Source: Octopus sinensis (Eukaryota). Taken from it: a DNA stretch of 64,000 bases. Both the position numbers and the translations under genes were made by a program. Of this stretch, positions 38,734 through 51,833 are shown one piece after another. Location: assembly GCF_006345805.1 (NCBI RefSeq), contig NC_042999.1, forward strand, positions 139,748,001 through 139,812,000, given 5' to 3'. The notes under the pieces were generated by a model. That model saw only the letters and a list, made by a program, of their open reading frames with translations, ran no database searches and was not told where the DNA came from. The number at the start of each line of letters is the position of its first letter. The first letter of the stretch is position 1.

Positions 38734-39891
38734 CTGGTCCTTCTCAGAATCATTCCGTATCAATGTTACCTGCAGGTCCAGAGAACCATCACCAGAATTA
38801 TCAATAACCTGAGCATTCGTTGAGCTAGCTAAAGGCGTTGCACCAGAGTTTGAAGAATGATTTGATTCACCCTCTAAGATTTTATGCTCGAGACGAGAAT
38901 CTTTAGCATACGGCAAAGTAAAATTGTAACCCCCAGATAAAACGGTCTTATTGGAACCAGTTATTCTAATGGAATGGTTGCTGTACTTTTGTGAGAGTGA
39001 ACAGGCAAGACTAAGTTCAGGCATAAACCTTTGTAAAGTATTTCGACCTACAGCAATGTTTCGATACCAGACTGAGCCTTCGGGCGAATAAGGAGATATC
39101 GGTCTTTGCCATAATCGGTGGCAAAGCGGATGGAGTTTGCTCTTATATTTTTCAAATGATTTCACAGGACAGTTTGGATCATTGGGCCTTTCAACGATAT
39201 ATGTTAATTCTTCAATGTCAATTGTAGACGGACCTGTTGCTTGGATGTTAGAACCAGAGCACACTGATACGGTCTTGGTCTTCAAACTGCGTGGGGACTG
39301 TTCTTCAGCTTTACACATATACTTATACCCGGTCTGCGAATCAACGCGGACTTGGAAAGTCTTTTTAGTCATTTCTACCATACTCTGGGGACCTTTTCGG
39401 AAGAAATATAACCGGATCTCAAATTGAACTTTATTCAGTAAGCCTAAAGGTGTATTGATGTCAAAATAAACAGATGAATATAACTTCTCTAAATCTTCAT
39501 CCAAAATAATAGGATGATGGGTCACTTCACCTTTACCACTAGTTTTCAGCTCATTAACAGTTTCTTTAAAATGAGCGTTAGCTTCTTCAAATATTTCATC
39601 TTTAATGAGATCAAATGTTTTGAGATACGGTGGAAGCCGAAAGTATCGGTTAAGTGCATATCGGAAGCCTTCCAAACTGGTCACCTTATACTGATCACCA
39701 TCACGCTTTCGTACATCTCGGTAAAATAATATCAGCAGCTCACTCAGTTCTTTGGCGTCCAAAGATTCGAAATCTGTGGATAAACTCTTATCTTTTAAAT
39801 AATCCCGTAAAGCACGAGCCGCTTTTTCATTGGCACGCCTTGTATTTTTAGGTACGGCCTTATGTTGCCCATCAACAGCAAAAGTATCCAT
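38734..39891 (-). CDS. Variable first coding exon V12: Crypton-derived tyrosine-recombinase-like DUF3504 domain (KCTD1/QRICH1/ZMYM-type), about 386 codons
   Basis: FYRDVRKRDGDQYKVTSLEGFRYALNRY, NTPLGLLNKVQFEIRLYF, CPVKSFEKYKSKL, VGRNTL..FM and YSNHSIR. Donors CAG|GTAGGT (38734) and CAG|GTAACA (38770) are both phase 0. Acceptor actaacttgacag|t lies 1 nt before the ATG. Confidence 0.85.
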
Positions 39892-40149
39892 ACTGTCAAG
39901 TTAGTTACGTACATTCAAAGACAAGTGCAATATACCAGCAGTTATAGTTGATTGGCATATAGTGAGGTTATTGTGCGGCAATATGCATGTTTTGTTTAAT
40001 ATTTTAAAATCTAGTTTCTAACAGGTCTCGTATATTTCATCCCCAGCCAAATTACAATTAGTAACACTAACAATATTTCAAATGTATGAGTAGCAAGATA
40101 TATATATCATAGAGTGGGAAACTAATGGAAATAAAGGATATCTCAAAAC

Positions 40150-40470
40150 AGACTCACGTAAGAGGCACGAAAACGTCAAGCGAATGCTGAGAATTAGTAA
40201 ACTACGTGACGTCAAAAATTATTTTTATCAACACTCTACTTCGTTTGCGCTAGCAATGACTAGTGTATGATTTAGAAAGTACTCGTAAGTAATTCATTTG
40301 CTATGATATCATTACGATTTTACCTCGGAACAGATTATAATTCGCTGAAATTCTCAAAACTTTTCCTTACAGTGTGTCCTAAGATAAAATATTTAAAACA
40401 AAAGCTAAAATGCTACTGCACTACTTGACTGAAATTTATCCGCACTGTTGTTGTGTGACGTCACGGTCAG
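40150..40470 (-). promoter_or_regulatory. Candidate promoter and non-coding leader exon of V12
   Basis: CRE TGACGTCA at 40207-40214 and GTGACGTCAC at 40455-40464. A minus-strand donor GTGAGT near 40157 could join the acceptor at 39893. Confidence 0.45.
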
Positions 40471-40911
40471 TCTTATGGCAGGTTGGCTGACGTGTGCCAG
40501 AGGCGGTTTGGCTGCGTGAAGCAAGCAGCAGAGGGTCTGTATAAGTATCTAGACAAGAACAGTAGTGTAGAGAAGGAAAATTACTTTTAATGGGGTTTAT
40601 TTAATATTATCGTTGCCATCTACATGAAATATGAATAGATCTTGTCAACAGCTAAAACAATGAACACACATCTCCCAACAAATTACATGTTATTAAAATT
40701 ATGTATATTCAATTTTAAACGACGAAGTGCGTTTTCAATATAAAAAAGGCTATCATATAAAGAAAAAAAAATTACCGTTTCATTTCTATACCATATTCTA
40801 TTTTGAAAAATAACGGCAGTGAATCGAGTTCAATTTGTGTGAAGAAAATTGCTTGCGTTTTTCTATCTGAAAACAGTTCCAACTGTTACTCGTAATAAAT
40901 AGAGATGAACA

Positions 40912-40959
<48 letters not shown>

Positions 40960-41040
40960 TATATATAAATAATGTATGTGTGTGTGTTTGTAAAAAAAAA
41001 ATCCGAAAGAAGAAGCGAACTCTAAGATGTAGAACAGTAT

Positions 41041-41212
41041 ATATATATATTAAAAATGGGGAAGATCGGTTTATGGGATTACCACAGGTTTCCCGTCCAT
41101 AAAGGATTTAGCTGGTTTTGCTATCTAACGATACATCATAAAGCTAAACCTTTTATGGGCGGGAAACCCAAGGTAATCCCATAAGCCAGACCTCCCCATT
41201 TTAATATATACA
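41041..41212. repeat. Imperfect long hairpin / MITE-like element
   Basis: AAAATGGGGAAGATCGGTTTATGGGATTACCACAGGTTTCCCGTCCATAAAGG pairs with CCTTTTATGGGCGGGAAACCCAAGGTAATCCCATAAGCCAGACCTCCCCATTTT. An inner TTTAGCT/AGCTAAA pair is present and the flanks are TA-rich. Confidence 0.75.
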
Positions 41213-42526
41213 TAATCCGAATTTCGGATAACATACCAACTCTACTAACAGATATACGAGTCATCTTCTCCCTGACTTATGGTCTCTTAGACGACACGTG
41301 TGCGTGTACACACACACGACATGCTAAATCAAATGTGGCTTATGTGTTTACACGTGATACCAAATTATTTGATTTCAATTTCAACGTATAAATCTCGATT
41401 TAGTCAAGAAAATCTGGTATTTGTGATGTTCATGCTTTTATAATAGTATTAAGCAATATAAGTAGACTGTATGGTAGGATTGGCGTTTAACTTATAGAAA
41501 TCCTTGTATATTATATAAATTTTAGAATACGTACAAGAATATTTAACTTACGATTGCAGATATGACTAATAGTATATAATAGACAATACATCATTTTTGA
41601 AAATTTAACTTCAATGAAAGCAATTTCCAAACTTTGCTTAAATTTAATCTAAATAACCAACAACACATTCTGATGCTGGACCTTACGGGTGATTTCAAAG
41701 AGTTTGAAAGTATCAGTTAAGTGTTTCTTAAACAACAAAGCGGTGAGGTAGGTGGGATAGGGGACCAGCATTTTATTGCCTGATTATCAGGACAGAACGT
41801 GTTTAAACACAGCAACAAATGTGAGGAGTTTTGGAATGTGGTTGTAGAATTAGAATAAGCTGAGCAAGGTCAGATATAAAAGGCTTACAGCTGTTATGGT
41901 GTGACCTAAGGAAAAAATAAAAGTAGAAACCTCCAAGTTCGTGTGTGTGCACTCAGTAGAATTTAGTTAACAAATGGTTATAACATTTCATTGAATCTAT
42001 TTCATTACACAAATTATTGTACTCATTTAATAGTAAAGAAAAAATAAATACCCATACAAAGTATCCTCAAACTGGAGACCTGGCTAAATGCTTTGCAACA
42101 GGGTGGGATACTATTAAGCTACCCAAGGTGTCAGGTGGTGGCAATGAACAAGGCACTGGATTAAGTCTCCCACCTAAGTAGGCTACAGCAGGATTTGAAC
42201 TAAAAACTCAATGAGATAAGACAAGAACTATAAGGCATCTATTGTTATGTTCTTACAGATTTGACAATTCCATAGTCACCCACAAAAAGATGAAAGGCAA
42301 AACTGACCTCTGGAATTTTAAGTCAGTGTGTGACATGGCTGAACAAATACATCAAGACTATCTGATGCTCTAATGACTACAAATATGTATCAGTTCACAA
42401 GCAAATTTTTAAATTAGCAAGGCCCAAACGGAGCATGGAAACAACCTCAGTCACCCAAACATTAATTTAACCAAATTAATATGGCACTGATATTACAAGT
42501 TTAATCACACACACATATAAATGAGA

Positions 42527-42729
42527 GAGTGCTGAAAAGTGCCTGATTCTTAGGGTATCATGAAAGACCTGGTTGGAGGCTCGACATTCCAAATTATTTT
42601 ACAGGGCTTAGAAAAACTGAAGAATTGCTGCAATAAGTGTGTGAATCTGAGAGAGGAATATGTTCAACAGAAACATAACTGATCCTCCTTATTTTCCTTT
42701 ACCCAAAGCCAGGAACTTTTCAGCAGTAC
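42527..42729. mobile_element. Mariner-type MITE
   Basis: Imperfect TIRs GTGCTGAAAAGTGCCTG / CCAGGAACTTTTCAGCAG. Confidence 0.55.
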
Positions 42730-44334
42730 ACACACACACATTGCTTTTAACATCCACTTTTTAATGATTGGGTTAGATGGAATTCATTGAGACAAATTGT
42801 CAATGGTTGAATGCCCTTCTTGTGGCTAACCCTCACCTGTTTCCAAGCAAAGCAATATTTCCATATGGATGGACATGTTATCACAGAAAATTGGAAATGA
42901 ACAACACTTGTAAGACAGTTTACATTCATTTATAAATATTGTGTGATGTTAAGGCAAAAAGATACAAACACACTCATGCATGGGTTTGGTTGGCTTGGGG
43001 GTTATAATAGAAAATAGTAGCCCAAGGTGCTGCACTGTGTGACTGACCCAGAAACCATGGCATTGGGAAGTCAGCTTCTTAGTAGCAGAGCCATGCTGGC
43101 ACACAAATATATTTGAATGTACATACACACAAAGATGCACTTAACCATCATACATATGTACATTTACAAGTATACATTTTAAATTGTTTTAGTCAGGAGA
43201 AAATCCGGTGCTCAAAACCTTGCACAGGGCCACTGTGAATAGAGAAAAGGGAAGAGGAAGGCATCCTTAAACTAGAGAAAAGACCCGAATGCTTGCGACA
43301 GATGGATTCTGCCGAAGGTGCAAGGTAGTGTTAATAAGAATAAAATTAAAATATTGATTTTGTTGTTGTTGCAGTATCATGTCAGAGCTCTAAAATACAA
43401 ATCTAAGGGTGGGGGGAAACGTAAGAGCCCAAAAAAAGGAAAGCGAGTGGGTGTAAGAAATATAAACAATTTTTTTTGGGGGGGGGGGCACCTTCCCACC
43501 TCAAACTGGAGAATTGCAATCTTCCTCTATTCCACAGGATTACAAGACACACACGTGGAGTGGGGGGGGGAGATACTTTTAAGAAAATAAGCAAAAGATA
43601 AAAAATACACGGAGAGTGTTTTGAAGCCCGCTAAATAAATATCCATGGTTATAACCGGGTTCCTCTGTATTAAGAAAAAGAATGTGATGTTTTTATTTTA
43701 GCTGGAATTTCTGTTCCATAAAGCGTTTATGCTATATACATACGCCATAAACTCTACATGACTATTTTCTTAAATGACACAAGCATAATAAATATGCGTA
43801 ACATGACTAATGTTATACTGACGGCATATGCAGTTCAATAAATTTCACTGAGAGTATGTATAGTCGATTAAAGTAACTAGTGCAAAACTGATATCTTATT
43901 TTTATCGATTTCGCATCCCACCTCCCTCAAGTATCAGATGATGCTCGGGAGGTGTACTTGGCTATCATACACATTTTTAGAGGGGAATACCAACATTCCT
44001 TCAAGCACAGTACAAACTGTGGGAGTCGTGCATACTTCATTTAATTACTGCATTGTTCTTTCTTCTTTACTACCTGTTTGCGATCTTTTAGTTCAAATCT
44101 AAAATTTTTACAGTGGTCGTAACCGGTTTTTCTAGTACGTAAACTTAACTTATTAAGGAATGAACTCAGAAAATGCAGTAAGATAGTTTCAAGAGAAATG
44201 TACTGTTTCTGCTGTATTAATGAGAATGTAACAGTAACAATGTGTATAAAATATTTCCCATAAGTTACTCACACATTTTAAACAAAGGCGCGATCGATTG
44301 GATAAAATCCAGCAATTTATATGGCAGTTAATTT

Positions 44335-44661
44335 ATCGACGAAGTTTTCGATTCGCAACCACGTGGCTTCAGGTTCAATCCCACTGCACGACACCTTAGG
44401 TGAGTGTCTTCCACAACACCAGATCGACCAATGTTAATGCCTGGTGAATGAATTTAATAGGCAGAAATTGTGAAAACTCGTCTTACGTGTAATAGTGTGC
44501 ATTTACGTATTGAACAGACTCCCACTGCTTATCGGTCCGGCAAAAGAGACCGAGAGAATAAGTATCTAATTTTAAAAAAGCACTGGAGTCGAATTGTTCG
44601 ACTGACCCGTCAAGACGGTGCTCCAGCATGGTCGCAGTTCAATGACTGAAACAAGAAAAAG
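44335..44661 (+). mobile_element. Diverged copy of the same SINE
   Basis: GGTTCAATCCCACTGCACGACACCTTAGG ... GGTGCTCCAGCATGGTCGCAGTTCAATGACTGAAACAAG. Confidence 0.75.
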
Positions 44662-44745
44662 AATAAGATAATACTGTGATTATAACCAACAAAATTAATA
44701 ATAATAATGATCATAATAATGAACAATAGTAAAGGTAAGCCTTAC

Positions 44746-45096
44746 AGTAATCCGTTTGTCATCCTCATTAGTCTGTTTTTGTGGTAAAGATCCTTTAGTT
44801 TGAAAAAGAGTTGGTATTGCACCAGGTTTCAATTTCATTCGTGGTAATTTGCAGCGGTAGCCGACCTCCAAATACCGACTTTCGAAATGGCGCGTACAGA
44901 TTCGAATCTTGCACCGTATTTTTGCAATGTTTGAACATGTCATATCAAGAAAATTCTCCATCTGGCCAGAGTCAATACCCAGATTCTGGGCCCAGATCCG
45001 ACATTTTTCTCGGTCCTTCGGAAAACAATGCAACCGAATATGACGAGGTAATCGACCGTCGTGGCTGGTGCAACGAAATGCTATACAATGTGGCAT
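44746..45096 (-). CDS. Variable first coding exon V13: THAP zinc finger (117 codons), paralog of V16
   Basis: MPHCIAFRC..HCFPKD..W..ICTRHF..LKPGAIPTLF. Donor ACT|GTAAGG in phase 0. Confidence 0.88.
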
Positions 45097-48000
45097 GTGT
45101 TAATTCAAAATAGATGAAGGACAGTAAAGAGCAAATTTAAAAGTAAAAATTTTTAATGTTTATTTTGGAGAGTATGTATAAAAATTTGAATAGCTCCGTA
45201 ACATTGAGTGAAGGTAAATTTAAAAAGATCAGGTTATATTTTTTACTGTCTCGTATCAACAAACGAGTATGATGCTGAAATTCAACAGTGAAACGCGGTG
45301 ATTCTACGGAATAAATGGAAATGTAAGGTAACTTAAGGCGTCTATGAAATAGGTGATGCACGCGCGTATTCAGAAATACATACGAGCCTATATAGTAGGT
45401 GTGTGTCCGTCTAGGTTCACTGGATTAGGATAATTACCATTTTAAAATTTTAAAGTGTTTAAGAAAATTGATTTAAAGCATCAAAGACATATGGTCACTG
45501 AAAAGCGGAACAGTGAATGAATAAAAACTAGAGAGAGAGAGTGAGTGAGTGAGCGAGGGAGAGAGAGAGAGATAGTAGTCTAACAGCTTAACAATTGCGA
45601 CCCAGTGTTGAGTCGGTGAATATGATTCATTGGGTCATATATGGCACATAACTTGTATTTGCACCAATAGGAGAGCGTGTTGCTAAGAAACAGCGAAAAA
45701 GATAGAAAGAAACGAATAAACGACACGGAAGAACAGAGATATATAAATAGAAAACAACTTAAATCCAATTTCGATATCATATTTTAATTTCTTAACCCAC
45801 GATTTGACATACTTCAACAATAACAATAAATTCACCACAAAAGAAATTCATTTTTCGTTTCGAAGAAGGAAGAGTAGAAAGTCTTTTATAATTTCATTTA
45901 CATCTAAGACTATATTATAGGAATATAAATGGATCTTAGTACTTGACTTAATGTTTTTTTCTCGACCCCCGGATTTTCACTTAGAACGTAGCTAAATACT
46001 CTTAAGTTCGACACAAATGATTTTGCAATCTACCATTATTGATAGAAAATTAGGTTCATAGCTTTCTGCATGTATTAGTCAATATATGTACAAACCGAGC
46101 TCAATTCAATCCAACTCATAAACATGCTGAGCAATGTCAAAAGAACAAATGCCAAGATTCACATTTAAGTTTAGAGAGTAGCCCCACCATCCCTCATTAA
46201 AAATCCACGGACATTTACGGAAATTTTTCTAAAATTTACGAATATTAAAACTTGGTTATCAACTCAACTTTTTAAGCAGTTAACACTGAATTACACCATT
46301 CACTTACGATTTATTTTACCAAACACCAAATCTATAAACAATGTGGGAGCGAATGCAAATTAGTATTTCCCCCAAAACCTTTAATGCAGAAACGCATAAA
46401 CTACCATTAAATGTTCAAACCGATGTCACCTCTATATGTTAAAAGTTTATCGACTGTTCATAGAATATTTGCATCCAAATTTCAAAGAGAGCCATAATCA
46501 TAATTTATACGGTCTGAGACAGTTCTTATTTGTTGTTACCACTACATGAATTGGTGAACATCACACCTTTGACATGGATATGGTCTCTGCAACTGGGTGT
46601 TCTCGTTAACACCATTCACCCCACATTTACAAAGTGCTTGAGGGCACCTTGTACTCACATCAGAAGAGAGATTGTGATGTCCTTGACAGGCACAAAGGCT
46701 TCTTTTCATCGAATGTCGTCTGGTCATTTGTCAACCACTTAACAGAGTTTTAATGCAGTGAAAGAAGTCACCTTGTTTTTGCACGATTAAAGTGTCCTCT
46801 CTATTCAATGTTGTTTTCGTTCTTTCAAAACAAACGTGACTGAGGGGGTAAATAGAATAACGAGATGATCAAGAAGATAAGAAGATTACATGAATGTGAC
46901 AGAGGAAAACAATGAGCGTACGGTAAAGGAGAGAGTACTGAAAAAGAGACTAAGAATATATATGTATATATAGCATCATTAGAGTCAAACGCTAGAAATC
47001 CAAAAACTTTCCGTCTCTGCTGATGACACCATTCAACCCATTACACAAGTGACTGCGTTAACACTGTTGATGTGGGAATTTGCAGAAAAATAATAGTTAG
47101 CATCGATGATTCATTAAAATGTTTAGGTGAGCTAAATCATAAATGTAAAACTTCATGGATTCTACTAAATACTCATATCATTTGAGCAATTTTTTTTTTT
47201 ACACACTCGGAGCATTTGGAACATGCTGTATTTACAGAATTACAAATTACATTAAATTAATATATATATTTTTCTACACAAGTTAAGCAATTCTAAACTG
47301 CAAGTCAAGTGAAATTAATACAACCGGAAATATAAAAATAAGCTTGCTTATGCAGTCATTTCACTTAGGACTTGTTTACATTCAGATATTCTGCAAACTA
47401 TCAGGAAATACATAGTTTTTGGCTAGGCACTCAAAAGTAAAATGATTACGGTACAGGGTTACAAACAGTGCTAAAGTAAAAAAAAAAAAAAGCCAGAAAC
47501 ATCACTAAATGCAACAGTCATATGGAAACCCGTTTTCTGTGGAAGGATTAGTTAAGAATAAATAACTGCAAATTACCAAGTCTACATACACAAGTTAATT
47601 TAAAACACCCACCCCCAATCTTCAGATATATATCAGTGAAGAAAAGTACATTTTCTTAAAACTGTTGTGATATTCATAGATTTTTAAGAATGCTGTAAGA
47701 AAATCAATGGGCCATAGACTAGATTTGTTACGAGCTTATCACTTTGTGATGCTCAAGATTGAATATAAAAATTTGCTAGGCAAAACAGCTGGATGGAAGG
47801 ACACTCTAACCAGTTCAAAAGAAAGAGTTGTATATATTTCATTATAATCGCAACATGAAACTAGCTGTAAAGGTGTATAATTTGATGAAGTTTGGTATTA
47901 AAGAAAGTCTTTATGTAAGATCCAACTGAATCTGATAAAGTTGATTAATGAGCTTTGTGCAGTGTTCTATTGCAAAAAAAGATGTTAAAACTGACTAGGA

Positions 48001-48657
48001 TAATTTACCTACTTCACTAAAACCAATGAAGCTTTTGTTGATACCAACAAAAATGTTATTTCTATTACGGCTTGTCTACTGAACTAGTGAAGATGGTTAA
48101 GCAGGATATAGTCAATACATTCTGATTAATATCTATTACCAAAGGCCAACAAAAATTCTCGCTGTCAATCTTAGGCTCTACTAATAATGAATATCAAGAA
48201 CACATGGGAAGCAAATATATTGACTTATTTACCTATTTTAAAAAACTAAAATGAATGATCATGAGTTGCTCCTGAATATTTTACGATAAACAAAAATGAA
48301 AGCTTGTAATGAAAGCTTGAGAGGAATATTCATTGTATTACTTTGAAATTAAAAAGGAAATAAAGTAAAAACTAGTGTTTACTGCTTTTAAAGTAAAGCT
48401 TGTGTGTAGTAATGTAAGATGTACAATATCGCATGAACAAACATTCACTTTGAATAATGTAATATTTTGCATGTTTAGATAAGTAACATAATACATAATT
48501 TGAACTGTGTGTGTAAGTTCGCGTTCTCACTCGAATACATAGGCACACAAACATATCTCGACTTGCTAGAGACATTAGTTTTCAAATTAGGATAAAGGCA
48601 AACATTAAAAAAAAACAACAACCTGAGATACAGTTCATAAAAATGATAAAATTATAC

Positions 48658-48858
48658 CTTGGTACAAATATATGTTGCTCTGCTGATGCGATTAACGTTG
48701 AATTGATAGGAAGGTCTACCACAGCACAGAATCCATCGTAGACATTTCTCTAGGTTTTGTTTGGGCTTCGGAAAAGGTATGAACTGAACACCGCCCGCCA
48801 ACCTCTCGGGAAATCTATTGTCAGTGTTACATGTACCATAACAACACCGTTTAACCAT
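48658..48858 (-). CDS. Variable first coding exon V14: split THAP, N-terminal part (67 codons)
   Basis: MVKRCCYGTC..FIPFPKP..CLRWILCCGRP..YICTK|. Donor AAG|GTATAA in phase 0; without splicing a stop follows one codon later. Confidence 0.86.
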
Positions 48859-51833
48859 CGTATTGCATAGATAACAAAGTGGAAAAGTAAATCAATACTT
48901 TTTGCAGTCAGACAACGTTTCTTTTGTTTTCTTATAATTTGAGGATGTTTACGGTAAAAGACTTCATAAAGAAATACGAATAGGGGAGGGGGGCTGACAG
49001 ACGTACAATTCAATGTTTGTCTGAGTTAGCAGCACAGACACTATCATATGACGCAAACACTCACTGCTGATTGGCTTATGCTGCCCTACAGCTGAAATGT
49101 AGCAAGGGAAATAAACCATAACTGCAACAGATCGTAAGCTGTCAAATACACTACGAGTACACTCAGGTATAAAATTGCAACGGGCAACATTGCGTTTGGT
49201 TGAAATAAAATTCCACAGGAACCGATATAAAGTATCTGTAACATATTGTTGAAATTCATCATCCTTCAAAACTAGATTATTGAAGACAATGCAAATATAG
49301 GCACAAGCTGAATTAGGTTACCAAAATATTTAGAAGTTGGAGCCACCAGATACATTTACCTCTTTATATGGGTTGTTTAATGGTAACAGTCATTTCCGAC
49401 TCTGGCCCAATACATTAAATCATCCCAAGAATAATAAAGATTTGAGTGAGGTGACTTAGAGGAAACTAATATGTGGTTAGTACTAATTTTATCGACCCGA
49501 AAGTATATGATGCCAAAATAATAAGACATCTTCAGCCTAACCATCAGAAAAGGATTGTATCCTGGATAGAACTCCCACCATCATTGGTGACAACTGCCTA
49601 ATAAAAAATGCTACTCTATCCACCGAATCAGAAAAGACGGTACCGTTTGACTTTACTTTCACTACACAACAATTACAAGTCAGAGCTGAAGTATGGACGC
49701 GTGAGAATTTAGAAAAAACAAGAATAGTCATACATTTGATGTTGCTAAACAGGAGGTCCAGTTTATGGACTTAAAATTGCTTAATGTTAGCATAAATATG
49801 ACCAGTTAGTAACAATAAGAATATTTCTTAAGATGCACTACACTATTACAGCACATCAAATATTTTGTCTTAGTAGACAAAACCTTTCACTAAGGGAGTT
49901 ACTTTCTACTATTTTTATACTATTTTATATATTTAAACACTGAAAGTGTGTGTACGGGGGGGGGGAGTTAAAAAATAAGCAAGGAATATAATTGTTAGGT
50001 GGTCACTCAATGTAAGTATACTCTGCCATCATATATAAGGAAAATATACCCAGATCAGTAGCTTTTAACCAGGGATGCAATAACCACTCACAGACATTGT
50101 GAGCTCACAAAGAACAGCACATGTGAGAAGTGGGCATAATAATTTTTCTCATAAATAAAAGATAAACCAGGTAGTCATATTTGAAACATATAAAAAAAAC
50201 TTTTAAAATTTTAAGGTATACATATCAGCAAGTAGAAATATGTGATGATGTGCCAAGGTCCAGTATAATTTCATTATATAGGTCCTTGTCTTCTTTACTA
50301 ACTTCCATAAAAATTTAACATAGGGGGTAATACCTAAGCAAACATCTAAAAAGAAGCATATGCTGAACAGGCTACAGTAATAGGAATAATAAATTACCTG
50401 CAAGATTAGTATATGTTTTCATTAAAAACAATCTTTTTAAAACTTTTATTATTATTATTTTTTAAAGGCAAAATGGAGTTAGAACCTATGAAAAACATTT
50501 CCTGAAAGGAAGCACTGAGGTACAAAGGTCTAATAACTACTGATTTAAATAATGTAGTTCAAGATGGCCATTAAAAAGATGAGATGATCAGAGCTGAAGT
50601 ACATTTGATCATCCAACATGCACCAATTCAATTTTTTCTTTTTAAATTTGAGACACAGAACTGTTATTTTAAATGTGACATAGTGGATTTGAAACCGTAA
50701 AGAAACTCACTGGTGACAATAAACTTTTTATGCCATAGTATATATTTTTAATGTTTAAGAAAAGGTAATATCTAAGAAATTAATCTATCCAAAGAAAGAA
50801 TATAAATTGGCTGATTCCTTGGCACATGCAAAATATGTAGAATTACAAAAGTTACTAAGAAACAAAATCTGGAGTGGGAATGGATACTAAACTATAATTA
50901 CACCAATGAAAAAAATAGACAAGCATTTAGAATACAAAGTACTGTGTAATGTTCAAAGCATTCAACCTTAATCCTAAAATCAGTTTAAAAATACTGAAGA
51001 CATGGCATGTCACAGCTCCATCAAAGAGTTGATAATCCAAAGCCAGGCAACACACATACAAACTTTCAATATTTGGGACAAAGCTGCTAATTTTCAATGA
51101 ATCTACCAAATTTTGTAACTCAGAATAATACATGGAAGAAAAAACTAGAATCCAAGATTCTCTAGGGGTAAAATGGAGTCAGAAAAATAAGAGAAGCAGG
51201 GAGAGTGAAAATTGCAGTCATTGACTTGTTATAGTTTAAATAGAATGTCAATGGAACCAGTTTCACTAGTCTGGAAGGCCTATGAAAGCCCTGAGAACTA
51301 TCCTTCCTTCTAGACAAAACTGAAGAAAATATCAATGTTTCAAAGTAGGCTCGATTGAATGTGTCTTAAATATAATATAAGGTTAAATTTCACTATAATC
51401 AGTGAATAGTATTCCTCCAATCAAACATATCACTTGTTACATTGTTTAGATATATATATTATCAATATTTGTCATTTGGCAATTTTCAAACTGAGTCATG
51501 TAGATAAATCAATTGATGCAGAAGATTTACTGATGCACATTTCAGCAACTCTGGATGGATAAATTCAACACCAGTGAAGTTTCATGTACTGAGCTGAGCA
51601 ATACAAAACTACATGCTGCAGAATACTACACTAATAATCCAGGTATTGTATTTAAAACATGTACCAGTGTAATGAGAGAGATTTTGAAAAGTATCTTTTG
51701 TACAAACATGATATAAAAAATTTTTTTTTAATCAATGAATCATATACATTGCTTAAAAACCTGTTCAAAACTCCCAGTATGCCTTAATCTGAACAAAGAT
51801 CTTTATTGATGTGAAAGAGAAAATTCGACTAAC

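Noticed and set aside
40368-40415. Alternative AG|CAT-TTT site that could complete the half-THAP exons (HFSFCFKY..); similar sites near 38020, 32245, 28785 and 22435
   Set aside because: Poor polypyrimidine tracts, early stops, or no THAP-like G..P..PDP continuation.
48964-49269. 101-aa minus-strand ORF upstream of V14
   Set aside because: Non-ATG start, no domain, and the internal GTGAGT donor is out of phase; probably 5' UTR.
49541-49774. 77-codon plus-strand open frame (PSEKDCILDRTPTIIGDN..) with possible splice sites
   Set aside because: No recognisable family and no partner exons found; insufficient evidence for an antisense nested gene.
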